Source of the DNA: Octopus sinensis
Taxonomy: Eukaryota
Length of the DNA stretch: 64,000 nt
Reading direction: 5' to 3'
Assembly: GCF_006345805.1 (NCBI RefSeq)
Contig: NC_043006.1
Location: forward strand, 77,190,001-77,254,000
The translations under genes were made by a program, and so were the position numbers. This document shows, piece after piece, positions 12,990 through 25,899 of this stretch. The notes under the pieces are model-generated. The model did not search any database and was not told the origin of the DNA. It saw nothing but the letters and a program-made list of their open reading frames with translations. Within the stretch, counting starts at the first letter, position 1. Each line of letters starts with the position of its first letter.

Positions 12990-13290
12990 GATAATAACAA
13001 CCTTATTCATGATCATCATCATCATCGTCATCATCATCATCATCATTACCACCAGCATCATCATCGTCATCTTCAGAAGTAGTCGTCGTCGTCATCATAG
13101 TCATCATCATCATCATCAATACCATCACATCCATCATCACCGCCATCATCATCCTGGTCATCATTATCATCATCCTTACGATCGCATTCAACGTCGTCGT
13201 CATCGTTGTCGTCGTCGTCATCGTTGTCGTCGTCGTCATCGTTGTCGCCGTCGTAATAATCATCGTCTTCATTTTCATCATCATTACCAT
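12990..13290. repeat. Compound (CAT)n/(CGT)n trinucleotide repeat
   Basis: Direct reading. Explains the polyH/I/D/M ORFs at 12940-13413. Confidence 0.95.
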
Positions 13291-13677
13291 CATACATTCT
13301 TCTTGAACCCCATCATTATTGCACTTTTATTCCTGTATATTCGGGGATACATCAAACGCAGTAATGAACCGGCTTCCATGATTATTGTTACCATTCCTTT
13401 ATGTCTGACTTAAGAAATGGCACTAACAAATTATTATTATCCCCTCTGCTGAACATATTCTCAGCCACGTCACTATAAGTATCCAATACTTTCTCTGTGT
13501 CTTCAGACGCGTATTTTCGCCTACAGCCAAATAACTTACTGACAAGCCAGTATCCATTTATTATACGATGAGAAAAATAATTCGAATTTTGTTTAGAAAA
13601 TACAATTCCATTCCTCCCACATTCTCTTCTTTGGTCTCTTCACTCCCTATGCATATGTATATATGTGTGAATCCCCC

Positions 13678-14330
<653 letters not shown>

Positions 14331-14822
14331 GCCATATATGTTAATATGTTTATGGTCGTTTTGAGCAAGATCATTAAATGAGATTGCAAGCTTTTAATTA
14401 CATCCTCATGATAGTGCTATGTGTCTAGCTTGATTTGTTCACATATTTTTCACCTTTACCCACTACTTACAATCAAAAATAAATGAGAAATAAAGAAAAC
14501 CATTCCGTAGCTGATAAACAGTGAAGGAATGCAGAGATAGGGAATAACGCAGCAGAATTCAAACAGTCGAACACTCGAAATAAAAATAAGTTTTCTTATC
14601 AGTGCGATATATATATATACACACACGAGCGCGCACAGGCACACATACACAAACAACACACGCACACACATATACACATACACATACGCACTCACTTAGT
14701 TACTGAAAAACAAGTACGTACACACATACATATTCATATATACACATGTATATATACATGTGCGTGTGTGTATGTCAGTGCATACATATATATGTACATT
14801 TTTACCTTGCTACTACTTCTGC

Positions 14823-14972
14823 TACCACCAAGACCACTACCACCACTATAACAATAATAATGATAATAATAATAGTAATAATAATAACAATAATAGTAAT
14901 AATAATAACAATAATAGTAATAATAATAACAATAATAGTAATAATAATAACAATAATAATAATAATAATAAC

Positions 14973-15013
<41 letters not shown>

Positions 15014-15016
15014 TAA
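14823..15016. repeat. (AAT)n with a 21-nt higher-order unit
   Basis: The unit AATAATAGTAATAATAATAAC recurs about 4 times inside the AAT run. Confidence 0.9.
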
Positions 15017-16012
15017 TGAATGCTGGAATGAAATTAGTGTTTATTGTCTTTACTTCTATTGCTTGTTCTACGTTGAATGTCTTTGTATTAAACAAAATTA
15101 TTCACAGGTGTTCACTTTTAAGATACACATTCTTTACTCTGAACTACAGCTGCCCATTGTAGTTGTGATTTAACGAGTTCATAACTAGAATGTAGGGGTG
15201 GAGTTTATGTCTAGCTTATTGACAGATTCCCCTAGAGCTTGTCTGTAGTCTTTGTAAGTGTATGTCGACGGATGCTAATTTGACATTGTATTTTGTTTTC
15301 TTCAGATTATTGTAAATGTTACTTGCACCTAATGGACAAAGTCTGTTGTAGCTACATCGTAGCATTTACTGCATTCACATTTATATGAGATTGGTTAAAA
15401 TTGGAAGATGTTGGTATTATAAATAATATGGACAACTTACGAGCAAAAATATGGTGGATAGCGTCCAAAGACAACATGGATATCTAACAAATTATTCGTT
15501 AATTTCACACTAATACCGACTTATATCTCGCTAACTAAACCACTAAGAATACAGTCACTCACCTAACAACACACCATAGTTATGTTGATACAAGAGAAAC
15601 CTGACCTTTCATAGTTATATGCTAGAATTGTAACAACATATAGTCATATTTGTAAGGCTTCTGCTCGCGTTAGAAACCGTGGTTTATGAGTGAGAAAACT
15701 TTATGTCGAATTATATACTGCATGCGATTATTGACCGATAATTATACAATCATCTCAATGTTCGGCAGTTTCCTTATATACATTATATACTGGTGTAAGG
15801 AACGTCCAAAAACAAAATATCTTTGATCGAAAACACCTAACGCTGAATACGTACAGCAAATTATGAGAAAGTGCAATAATTATGCATTAATACTGTGGAA
15901 GTAGGTTGCATTTTGCGTGCTTCACAGAATATTCTAAACATTCAGCGAGAAAGGTAATTGTTACGTGTCTCTCTTCCCATAAAATCTTTGAAACCTGTGT
16001 GTGTGCGTGCGC

Positions 16013-16085
<73 letters not shown>

Positions 16086-16114
16086 CCATATATATGTGTA
16101 CATATGTATATATA

Positions 16115-17363
16115 CAGGATATTGCAGATAACTTAAGACAAATTTTACGATGCATAAAACTAGTTATAAATGCTAAAATAACAGTAGTAGCGAAATATAA
16201 TTTTAATGTAATTCTCACATATAGTCGCCCATTTTGGCAATTGCTGCCCCCCACACACGAGGAAAATCTTTTTGCAGCTACCGCAAACTCCGCTTTTTTT
16301 TTATTTTGCGTATTGCACGATGCAGGTCTTCAAAATGTTGACCCTCGGATGTGGTAAAAAATTGTCCTTGCTTGAAGTACACCCCATGAAATGTAATCGA
16401 GAAGGTTGAGATCTGGGCTATTACTGGACCAGGTGTTAACCCTTACAAAAACAGTGGCACCGTCTCTCCAAAGGAGGCCTGCGTTGTCCTTGAGCCATAA
16501 CATGGTGTATAATCCTGGATAAGCACCACATTGACAAGCCCAAACATTTGCTCTATACAAGGTTACAGAGAGTTCTTCAGGATGTCCAGATACTCCTTTG
16601 TGTCGATCTTCAAGCCAGACGCAATGAAGCGCAGATCCACGGCACTTCCTTCACTCGTCACGGCTCCAAATAGAGAGACAAGAACCTTCGTCTCCAACAC
16701 AACAAACACAGGGGCGACGTCAGAAGTGCTGTATGCAATCACTCGAGCATTTCTGCATTTCACCTCAGCGTTCACAGTGAACTCCTTCTCGTTATCAAAC
16801 ACGAGAGTTTTTTTTTCCTGCACATTTTTGCTTGTTGAATGACAGAAGCTTTGGGAATCTCTCAGCTCTGATAGCTTTGGCCTTTACTGTTAGGTGTTGA
16901 CGGTGTCCTCGAACATATCTTGTCATGCTAAGGTTCCTGTTCACAGCTCTGTACAATGTGTAATTGGACACATTGCGTTTCTCTGTAAGAGTTGTCATGT
17001 ATGTGGATAGGTTGGGTTCCATCGAGCGTTTGAGGAAAGCGAGAGACTTTGGATTGCACTTGGAGTTACTCGAGTCCTGTGTTCTTTTCTATCAAACTTT
17101 CGCTCGTCTTTAAATTGTTTATACACACGATGAACTGCAGCTTTTGGAAGTTTCGGCAATTTAAAATGGCTTTCGGCAGTGTGACTGGCACGCGCCAAAA
17201 CAACAATGGTGGAACGATTCTGTTGTCATATCAGTTTGTTATTTACCTGAAAAATAAACAAAATGATTACATTTTCAAGCAAGCAAGGTTTTGTCAAAAA
17301 ATGAAAGTTAAACTCATTAATGTGACTACTTAAAATTGGTCTCAATTTATCTGAAAGACCCTG
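16115..17363 (-). mobile_element. Full-length, inactivated Tc1/mariner element of DD37D (maT) type
   Basis: TIRs CAGGGTCTTTCAGATAAATTGAGACC and CAGGATATTGCAGATAACTTAAGACA (20/26), TA on both sides. Transposase is split over ORFs 16995-17198, 16795-17022, 16563-16823 and 16330-16560: HTH region, FDNEK (first D region), LIQD, WSSNSPDLNLLDY. About 37 residues separate the second and third D, counted across a frameshift. Confidence 0.9.
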
Positions 17364-17369
17364 TATATA

Positions 17370-17466
<97 letters not shown>

Positions 17467-17879
17467 CACACAAATAATAACGATTTAATGACAGATGGAT
17501 TGTGGTTCGCTACAGCTGTTTCAGACGCGCTTATGAATAGACTTATTACATCATCTGAAAAGCTGTTTTTGTCAGTTAAATATATGTAAGAAATAGACAT
17601 TTTAATTCGGAATGTAAAACGAAGAACAAAAATGCTATTTTTGTACTCAGCCGGCACAAATTGCTTATATGTAAATAGATAAGTAATTATCGAAGTATTA
17701 GGTATGTACCTATTAGTTAGCCGATGAATCAAGTTCACTGCCTATGGCTACATGACATCATCAACGCTATTTTTATAATTGTTGCTCGATGAATCGCAGG
17801 AATTCCTCAGTGAGTCGAAACGGTCGTTGTGAGCATTAGTGTTTCTCCTATATTCCTCTTTCCCTCTGATATTTGTTAT

Positions 17880-18592
17880 ATATATATTTTATTTTTAATT
17901 CAGAGGTAGCAAGCCCATTCATCTCACCATATAAAAAATAAGTTTTATTTTAAATTCCTACTGTTTTATAACTTGGATACACGTGCTTCATGAGGTACAT
18001 GTCCCGGTTCCTAAACCACTCCGTGTTTTGCTGGAACTCTTCTTAAATTGTAACCCCAATCATCAGGTCCACATATCACTTTATCATCGTTCAATACTAT
18101 GAATTATATTTTAATTTTTTAAAATCCATAAGTATGTGTAAAATAGGCACGTGTAAATTAGGTTCGCTGGGCCCTACATTAGAAGCCATAATTCAGATCA
18201 AAAGTGAGATAAAAAGTTACAAAAATAAAAAATTACAAAAATAAAATGAGAAACAAAAAAAAAATGCTAAAAAAATATACGAAACAATTATATAAACTAT
18301 GTTAGTAAAAGATAGGGTAAAAAATAAAATATATACTTCTAATAATATAAAATGATATAAATTGAAAGGAATCGCAAAAGAATGAAAGGAATAGCAAAAA
18401 ATATATATACGAATAAAATTTACAAGCGATACGAATGATAACTTTTAAAAATTTACAAAATGTAAATTTACAAAATAAAACATGAAACACGTGTAGACAA
18501 GTTATAAAACAGTAGGTATTGAAAATAAACATTGTTTTTTATATGGTGAGATGAAGGGGCCTACTATTTCTAAATTAAGATATATATTTCTT
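17880..18592. mobile_element. Non-autonomous foldback/MITE-like element with ~110-bp terminal inverted repeats
   Basis: 17880-17992 and 18481-18592 are reverse complements (shared blocks TTCATCTCACCATATAAAAAA, CCTACTGTTTTATAACTTG, TACACGTG). The ~490-bp interior is non-coding. Confidence 0.75.
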
Positions 18593-18734
18593 CATTGAGA
18601 ATAATTTGAACCCCTGTTATGCCGGAATTTTTATTCCCTAAGAAATAAAATTTAAATATATATATAAATATATATATATATATACATATATATACATATA
18701 TATATATACATATATATACATATATATACATATA

Positions 18735-18799
<65 letters not shown>

Positions 18800-18865
18800 G
18801 CTTTTGTGTGCATATCTGTATACGTGTGTATATAAGTATATATATATAAATTTATAGTATGTAAC

Positions 18866-18908
<43 letters not shown>

Positions 18909-18922
18909 TTATAGTATGTAAC

Positions 18923-18965
<43 letters not shown>

Positions 18966-19249
18966 TCTGCACAAACTTGGAAAGATATTGCTTCTCAGAG
19001 TCTTTGCTCCAGATTCCTGAAAATGTACTAAATTAGAATAATGTACCTTGTTAACTGAGATGTATCATTCAGAATTTTATCCTTCTAAGTTCGTTTTCCA
19101 ACTCTCATCATCGGTCAAATGTTTTGCACGGCATCGTAATAAGTGAAATGTTCAAGCAAAATCTAAGCAACAGATGAAAAAAAATATCAATAGTTTTTCT
19201 CTCATATTAAATTTCGTTAAATTTCATTACTCCTTTCCACATCACTTCC

Positions 19250-19400
19250 TGCTTCAAGCATATTATTCTTGCATAGGCATTGGATGTTCTTTTACAATAC
19301 CTGCCCCTTGTTCTAAACTGAGTATTGATTTCTACCATCAACTCTTTCAGCTTCTGTTGACTTGGTGCAAACAATACTTTTAACTGTCTTTATTTTAACT
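19250..19400 (-). mobile_element. Possible LINE reverse-transcriptase scrap
   Basis: KVLFAPSQQKLKELMVEINTQFRTRG resembles the segment after the ADD motif of RTE/CR1 RTs. Very short. Confidence 0.3.
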
Positions 19401-20113
19401 GTCACTCCACCGCTAGAATGTTTCGTTAACTTAATCAATAAATGCCACTAAAATCGAAGAATATATATATGTATGTATGTATTTATATGTTGACACCTAT
19501 TGAAAACTGGACAAAGTTGGACATAAAATTACCAGGTTTACATTCACTTTGAAAAATTATGTTTACCTTCGTACAGTAACGATTTAAATATCCTCTCACT
19601 GTCGCCAGGGCAACGAAAAGGACGAACACCACTTTCTGTCACCTCTTTATTATCCTGATCAAGTTGAAAATCAGCACGGTCGTGGTGTATATATATATAT
19701 ATATATATGTATATGATTGTAACCCCATATTTTGTATGTATATATAGATATAGGGGGGAAGAGAATGGATGTGCATATAAAGTTATATGTGTCTGTGTGC
19801 ATATGCACTTATAAAGCGCTAAATATATAGATACGTGGAGTGGTTGATTGATATGTGCGTGTGAGGTGTCTGATGTGTTTGTGGTGGTGTTCGTGTGCTT
19901 ATGTGCGTATGTGTGTGATCGTGTATGTATGTGTGTGTGTATGTGTGTGTGTGTGTGTGCGTGTGTGTGTGTGTGTTTGTGTGAGTACATCTGCTTTCAG
20001 TGATCAGAAATTGCAATAGACCTTTTATTTTCTCCTTGCCAACTTGAGGTAGTTGAGCAAGTGCTTAAATATTTACTATATTTGACACTCTTTTTGTCTC
20101 TCTGTTGCTTTAG

Positions 20114-20380
20114 GTTTTCTGTTTCTATAAAGTGTCATCTGATTTGTGACAGAATAGATTGGAAGTATACATCACAGGGCATAATGTCCGTAACAATAAC
20201 TTTACTGAAAATCAACTGCCTGAGTAGAGATTATCTTTTATCGAGTTTGAAAGAATAACAGGAATAGTTAGTGCAAATAGGATTGAAACTCAGTTCTTTG
20301 AAAACCGGAGCAAATGCCGGAAGATAGATTTTGTTAAGTCGACGTCATCTATCGACCTAGCACCAGACAAACACATACAC
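20114..20380 (+). pseudogene. Pseudo-exon with a Mab-21/cGLR-like E(W)RLSFxxxE motif
   Basis: Strong acceptor (CTCTTTTTGTCTCTCTGTTGCTTTAG|G), then ~89 codons with only two stops (TGA 20147, TAG 20225): VFCFYKVSSDL*QNRLEVYITGHNVRNNNFTENQLPE*RLSFIEFERITGIVSANRIETQFFENRSKCRKIDFVKS. Confidence 0.3.
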
Positions 20381-20621
20381 GTACACTTGAGTGTGTGATT
20401 GTGTGTTGATGTACAAACACGCACGCACACACACCCACACCCACATATATATAACAACTCACTCATAGATACGTGCATGTAGATATATATGTCTATGATA
20501 TATATTACATATGTATGCATATTATATAATATATATTGTATAAATATTATATATTATAGTATATTATATATATATGTATATACTATTTCATATATTTTAT
20601 ATATGTATTACACACACACAT

Positions 20622-20667
<46 letters not shown>

Positions 20668-20859
20668 CATATACATATTACACACATATATGTATGTAAA
20701 TGTATTCACGAGCACGTATGTGGATATACTAAAACAGGTACCCACACAAAACCGCATGCACTTTATCACATCCATGGAGTAGATACCTGAATTATTTATG
20801 GATTCGCAAAATTCTAGCGTGAGCTTTACAGAAATGAACAGACAAAATGGTATATATAT

Positions 20860-20894
<35 letters not shown>

Positions 20895-21624
20895 TTGCTA
20901 CACAAAGGAAAATATTGCTTTCATATTAGACTAATGGCTTAGTGTTTTAACTTTCTTTTATGAAAAGCAGCTCTACATTATATTTTATATGCAAAATTAT
21001 GAATATTTATAGGTATGCGATATTCGATTATCTCAGTAATATGCCTTATTTCTCTCTGTTTTGTTTTTACATGCCTCAAGTTCATAAACTCAACTATATA
21101 ACAGTTTAACCTCAACAATTGAGATATGAAATACGAGGAGACATTGCTAGGGTCACAACGTATTAGTTTCTGGATCTATAGTATATGCATGCAGAATCCT
21201 TAAACTTAGCACATGCACATATTAATCTCAATAAAAATGTTTTGAATTGCGATCGCTTCTAAAACTGTTCTAAAAGATTTCTTTCAATATTTCTCTCCTT
21301 CCGTCAGTATTCACACATTATGTTGCATTTGTTCTAAATGTATATGCTTTCAGTTGCAACACTTCCGCCAGTCTGCTAATAGTTTACACTCAATAGTTTC
21401 CTTCAATATTGTATTCCTTTTGATCTGTATTCAATTAATGTATGTTACTGCAAAGAATATAAGATATCCTGAGTGTTCCTTCATTTACTGAATCTCTATT
21501 CACTTATAATATTTTTCCAGTATACTTAAATATATTCATATCCAGATTAAAATAACTCAAAGATTGTATATTTAAATACCTGAGACGAATTTCACTAGTA
21601 TAACGTTAAAGCTTCACCTTTAAC

Positions 21625-22047
21625 TTTTGTATGGCTCTGAAACATGGAGAGCAACCTGCAGCAACTACAAGAAGATTCAGACCTTCATCAGAAAATGTCT
21701 CTGGCAGATCCTCCATCTAAAGTGGTACGACAGAGTGCCAAACACCGACCTGTGGGAAAGGGCCAATCAGGAGCCCATACATGTTCAGATTAGACGAAGG
21801 AAATGGAGATGGATCGGACACACACTGCGGAAAGAACCCAGAAATGTGACACGACAAGCATTTGACTGGAAACCGCAGGGGAAAATGGAGCGAGGACGCC
21901 CGAAATAGACATGGAATCGGAGCATTTTGGACGAGGTCAGGACCACCAGACTGACATTGGAAGCAGCCAAGAAACATATCAAATGACCGCAAAAAGTGGA
22001 AAACAAATGTTGAGGCTCCCTTCTCCAAAAGGGGCAAAAAGGATTAA
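21625..22047 (+). mobile_element. 5'-truncated RTE-clade LINE, 3' end
   Basis: ORF 21627-21908 YGSETW...KWYDRVPNTDLWER...RRRKWRWIGHTLRK...WKPQGKMERGRPK is the typical RTE ORF2 C-terminus. Ends in a TAAGAGAG simple-repeat tail. Confidence 0.92.
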
Positions 22048-22297
22048 GAGAGAGAGCGAGAGAGTATAAATTTATGAATAATTAAACGCATGCATGCATA
22101 CATACATAGAAAACAAAATAATCTGTTGTTGATGATGAAATTCCAATGAAGGAGATTTGGATTTAGGTTATATATCGGCTCTTTCTCTATTGGCTAGAAA
22201 CATTCAAATAAAACTGATATACATACATTCTTCATACATACCTGCCTATATATATGTATATGGCAATATATATGTACGTACGTATACATACATATAT

Positions 22298-22930
<633 letters not shown>

Positions 22931-23423
22931 ATTATTTATATATGCATGTATATATACATGTAGATGTAGGTACGTACATATATGTTTGTATGTATGCATA
23001 TATTTTTATTTATCTCCTATATATATATATATATTATATATATATATATATACATATAACTTGACCAAAGATTGGCCTAGGCTAATAGCATATATATTAT
23101 ATGCTCATATGTGTGTATGTGAGTGTGTGTGTCTGTGAGTGCACGCGTGCGTGTGTGTGTCATACGTTTCCTTCACAATTCATTCTCACAACACATAAAT
23201 ACAATGCAACACAATTGCTTTCCCTCGACTGGCCTTGCCCTATTTAAGATGGCACCAAAGCGAATCAAAGAGGTAAAAAAATTACTTCACCTTTAAATTG
23301 AAGGTATGTACGTATAAACATATATATATATTTCAGAATATATCTATCTATCTATTTATCTATCTACATGTTTCTCTTTCGATATATATGTATGTACTTA
23401 TGTGTATGCGTTTATGTATGTGT

Positions 23424-23508
<85 letters not shown>
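23424..23508. repeat. (AGT)n(AGC)n compound microsatellite
   Basis: Direct reading. Gives the polyV/polyA ORF 23298-23576. Confidence 0.97.
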
Positions 23509-24434
23509 CTTGTAATGGTGATGACAGTTTAATGTGTGTCTGTTACCGCAATGTCTGGTTCTGTTATCTCACTTAAACAGTAACATATCTTCCTAGAAAT
23601 ATTTAAGCTCTCACGTATGTTTCCTGGAACTGCTTAACATCAAATTATGACTATAAACTAATTAGGATAATTATTTGAAATAATAGGCTTGGTTTGACCT
23701 CTGTGCACTTAGCAAGTCTGTTCCGCTCCAGATCTGTCTATAGATTGGAATATTAAAAAAAAAATAAGACAAATATCACCTGCTCATAATGTTATCTATT
23801 GGATAGGTCATCATGAAAGATTGATCTTGTCTGTGTATCCCTGTTTAAAATTTTTTGCTATGGTATAATCAACGATTACATGAATAAAACACTACTGAAT
23901 CATCTATTGATTGTAAATCCCGTCTGTTCTTTGTGTGTTTACATGAGTGCGTGTTTATATATATATATAATATATATATATATATATAATATATATATTA
24001 TATATATATATGTAGGTATGTATGTATGTATGTATGTATGTATGTATGTATGGGCGGAGGAACTCTTGAGAGTCAACAGCCATCCAATAAATGTATTTAG
24101 GCTGTATCATGCGCTGGGACATAGAAATAATCGGACTGAAAAACCGATCGCGCGGTTAAACCATTGGGAATGAAGAACTCCTAGCCTTTGTTAGGGCATC
24201 TTTCTAGGAGAAGGTAACTCAGGTAACTGGGATAACTTCGACATAAAACCTGCAGTTCAGTAATTACCGATGATGTTGAATTGTTCTTCTTTTCGGATTA
24301 TGGTTGCTGTTGCTTTTTGAGTGGGATTGACTCATTTCCCATTTTAAAAAATCTTCTTGCACAGGCATTGCAGGATAACAACATTGATGAAGCTTCGTGC
24401 AATGGCCATACTTGATAACGAGGGGGCAGCCACC

Positions 24435-24552
24435 ATGTATGTATGTATGTATGTATGTATGTATGTATGTATGTATGTATGTATGTATGTATGTATGTAT
24501 GCATGTATGTATGTATGTATGTATGTATGTATGTATGTATGTATGTATGTAT
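24435..24552. repeat. (ATGT)n tetranucleotide repeat
   Basis: Direct reading. Confidence 0.97.
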
Positions 24553-24987
24553 GTGTGTGTGTGAGTGTGTACACAAACACACACTCGTTCAAACACATAT
24601 ATGTAGTTATGCTATATTCCGTTATTGATGTGGTAGAGTACAGTATAAAGCTCGTCTACTTTCAGAATTGATCAATATTATTTGTAGTATTATTATATAG
24701 TTTTAAGTTTAAACTTGGGCATTCGTCGTGTGTGAACATAAGACAGAAGAAATTAGAGTCAAGAAGAAGGAACGCTTTTCGACAGTTACTTATTATTCGT
24801 TACAATTGTTTCGACGCAACGTCGCTCTCCAAGAACACAGGTATTTGAACTTGCAGCTGTTTGTTTGTATTATGAGATCTAGTTGTGTTTCCTCAGATAA
24901 TATATGTGTGTTGTCTCCGTTAGTTTAAAGTCGTCGCCTTGAATGACACCTGTTCGTCGTGGTTTCTCTTCATTTATATATATTATA

Positions 24988-25371
24988 TGGATGGAAGCAC
25001 TCCGTCAGTTACGACGGCGAGGGTTCCGCTTGATCCGAATCAACGGAACAGCCTGCTCATGAAATTAATGTGTAAATGGCTGAGCACTCCACAGACACGT
25101 GTACCCTTAACGTAGTTCTCGGGGATACTCAGCGTGACACAGAGAGTGACAAGGCCGGGCCTTTGAAATACAGGTCCAACAGAAACAGGAAGTAAGAGTG
25201 AGAGAAAGCTGTGGTGAAAGAGCACAGCAGGGATCACCACCATCCCCTGACGGAGCATCGTGGAGCTTTAGGTGTTTTCGCTCAATAAACACTCACAACG
25301 CTCGGTCTGAGAATCGAAACCGCGATCCTACGACCGCGAGTCCGCTGCCCTAACCACTGGGCCACTGGGCC
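24988..25371 (-). mobile_element. tRNA(Arg-like)-headed SINE, family C, tail 1
   Basis: Reverse complement begins GGCCCAGTGGTTAGGGCAGCGGACTCGCGGTCGTAGGATCGCGGTTTCGATT (A and B boxes). Shares ~170 nt with 52636-52942. Confidence 0.85.
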
Positions 25372-25689
25372 ATATATTAGATATGTGTGTGTGAATGTTC
25401 GTGATTGCGTGTGCGTGTCTGCGTGTGTGTGTATACCAGATGATTATCATAATGCAAAACGTGAGGAAATCTAACTCCAATGAACTGTACGTCAGAATGG
25501 TGAACGCTTGTAAAATCTTAATGATAAAATAACGAATTTTAAAATACTTCAGAGGAAAATAAGTAAAAAACGTTTTTTAAATACATTCATGTAAAGTTTG
25601 AAGGGAAGATTTATATTTCTTAAGCTTCGTCAAAATAAGAAAGGTATGTAAGTAATAGTAAGGATATTTACTTCCAAAATAATCCTTAC

Positions 25690-25870
25690 TTCTATAGGTA
25701 AAAGGGCCTAAAACTTTGGCAGAGGGTTCGAGCCGATTACATCGATATCACGGGTTTTTGATTTATCGACCTTGAAATGATCAATGGCAAACTCGACCTC
25801 GGTGGAATTTGAACTCACTAGTTTCAACCGTGAAAAAATGCACGGTAATGATTCTGCCAGCTCACTACCT
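25690..25870 (-). mobile_element. Degenerate SINE family A
   Basis: TCGACCTCGGTGGAATTTGAACTCA and ATTCTGCCAGCTC blocks. Confidence 0.75.
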
Positions 25871-25899
25871 AAAAAATATTGATAATATTGATGATGATG

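Noticed and set aside
12940-13413. 157-aa His/Arg/Ile-rich ORF and antisense polyD/M ORFs
   Set aside because: Entirely explained by (CAT)n/(CGT)n repeats, which lack stops in several frames. No non-repetitive domain.
14746-15173. PolyN and polyI ORFs (also 29243-29635)
   Set aside because: (AAT)n read-through.
19560-19690. HDRADFQLDQDNKEV, Helitron-like
   Set aside because: Too short; preceding residues derive from a TA repeat.
24055-24434. Unique-looking segment between (ATGT)n tracts, possibly a LINE 5' UTR
   Set aside because: No coding motif or second copy in the window to support a call.
25300-25371. tRNA-Arg-like sequence (also the heads of families A and B)
   Set aside because: These are SINE heads continuous with SINE bodies, not tRNA genes.
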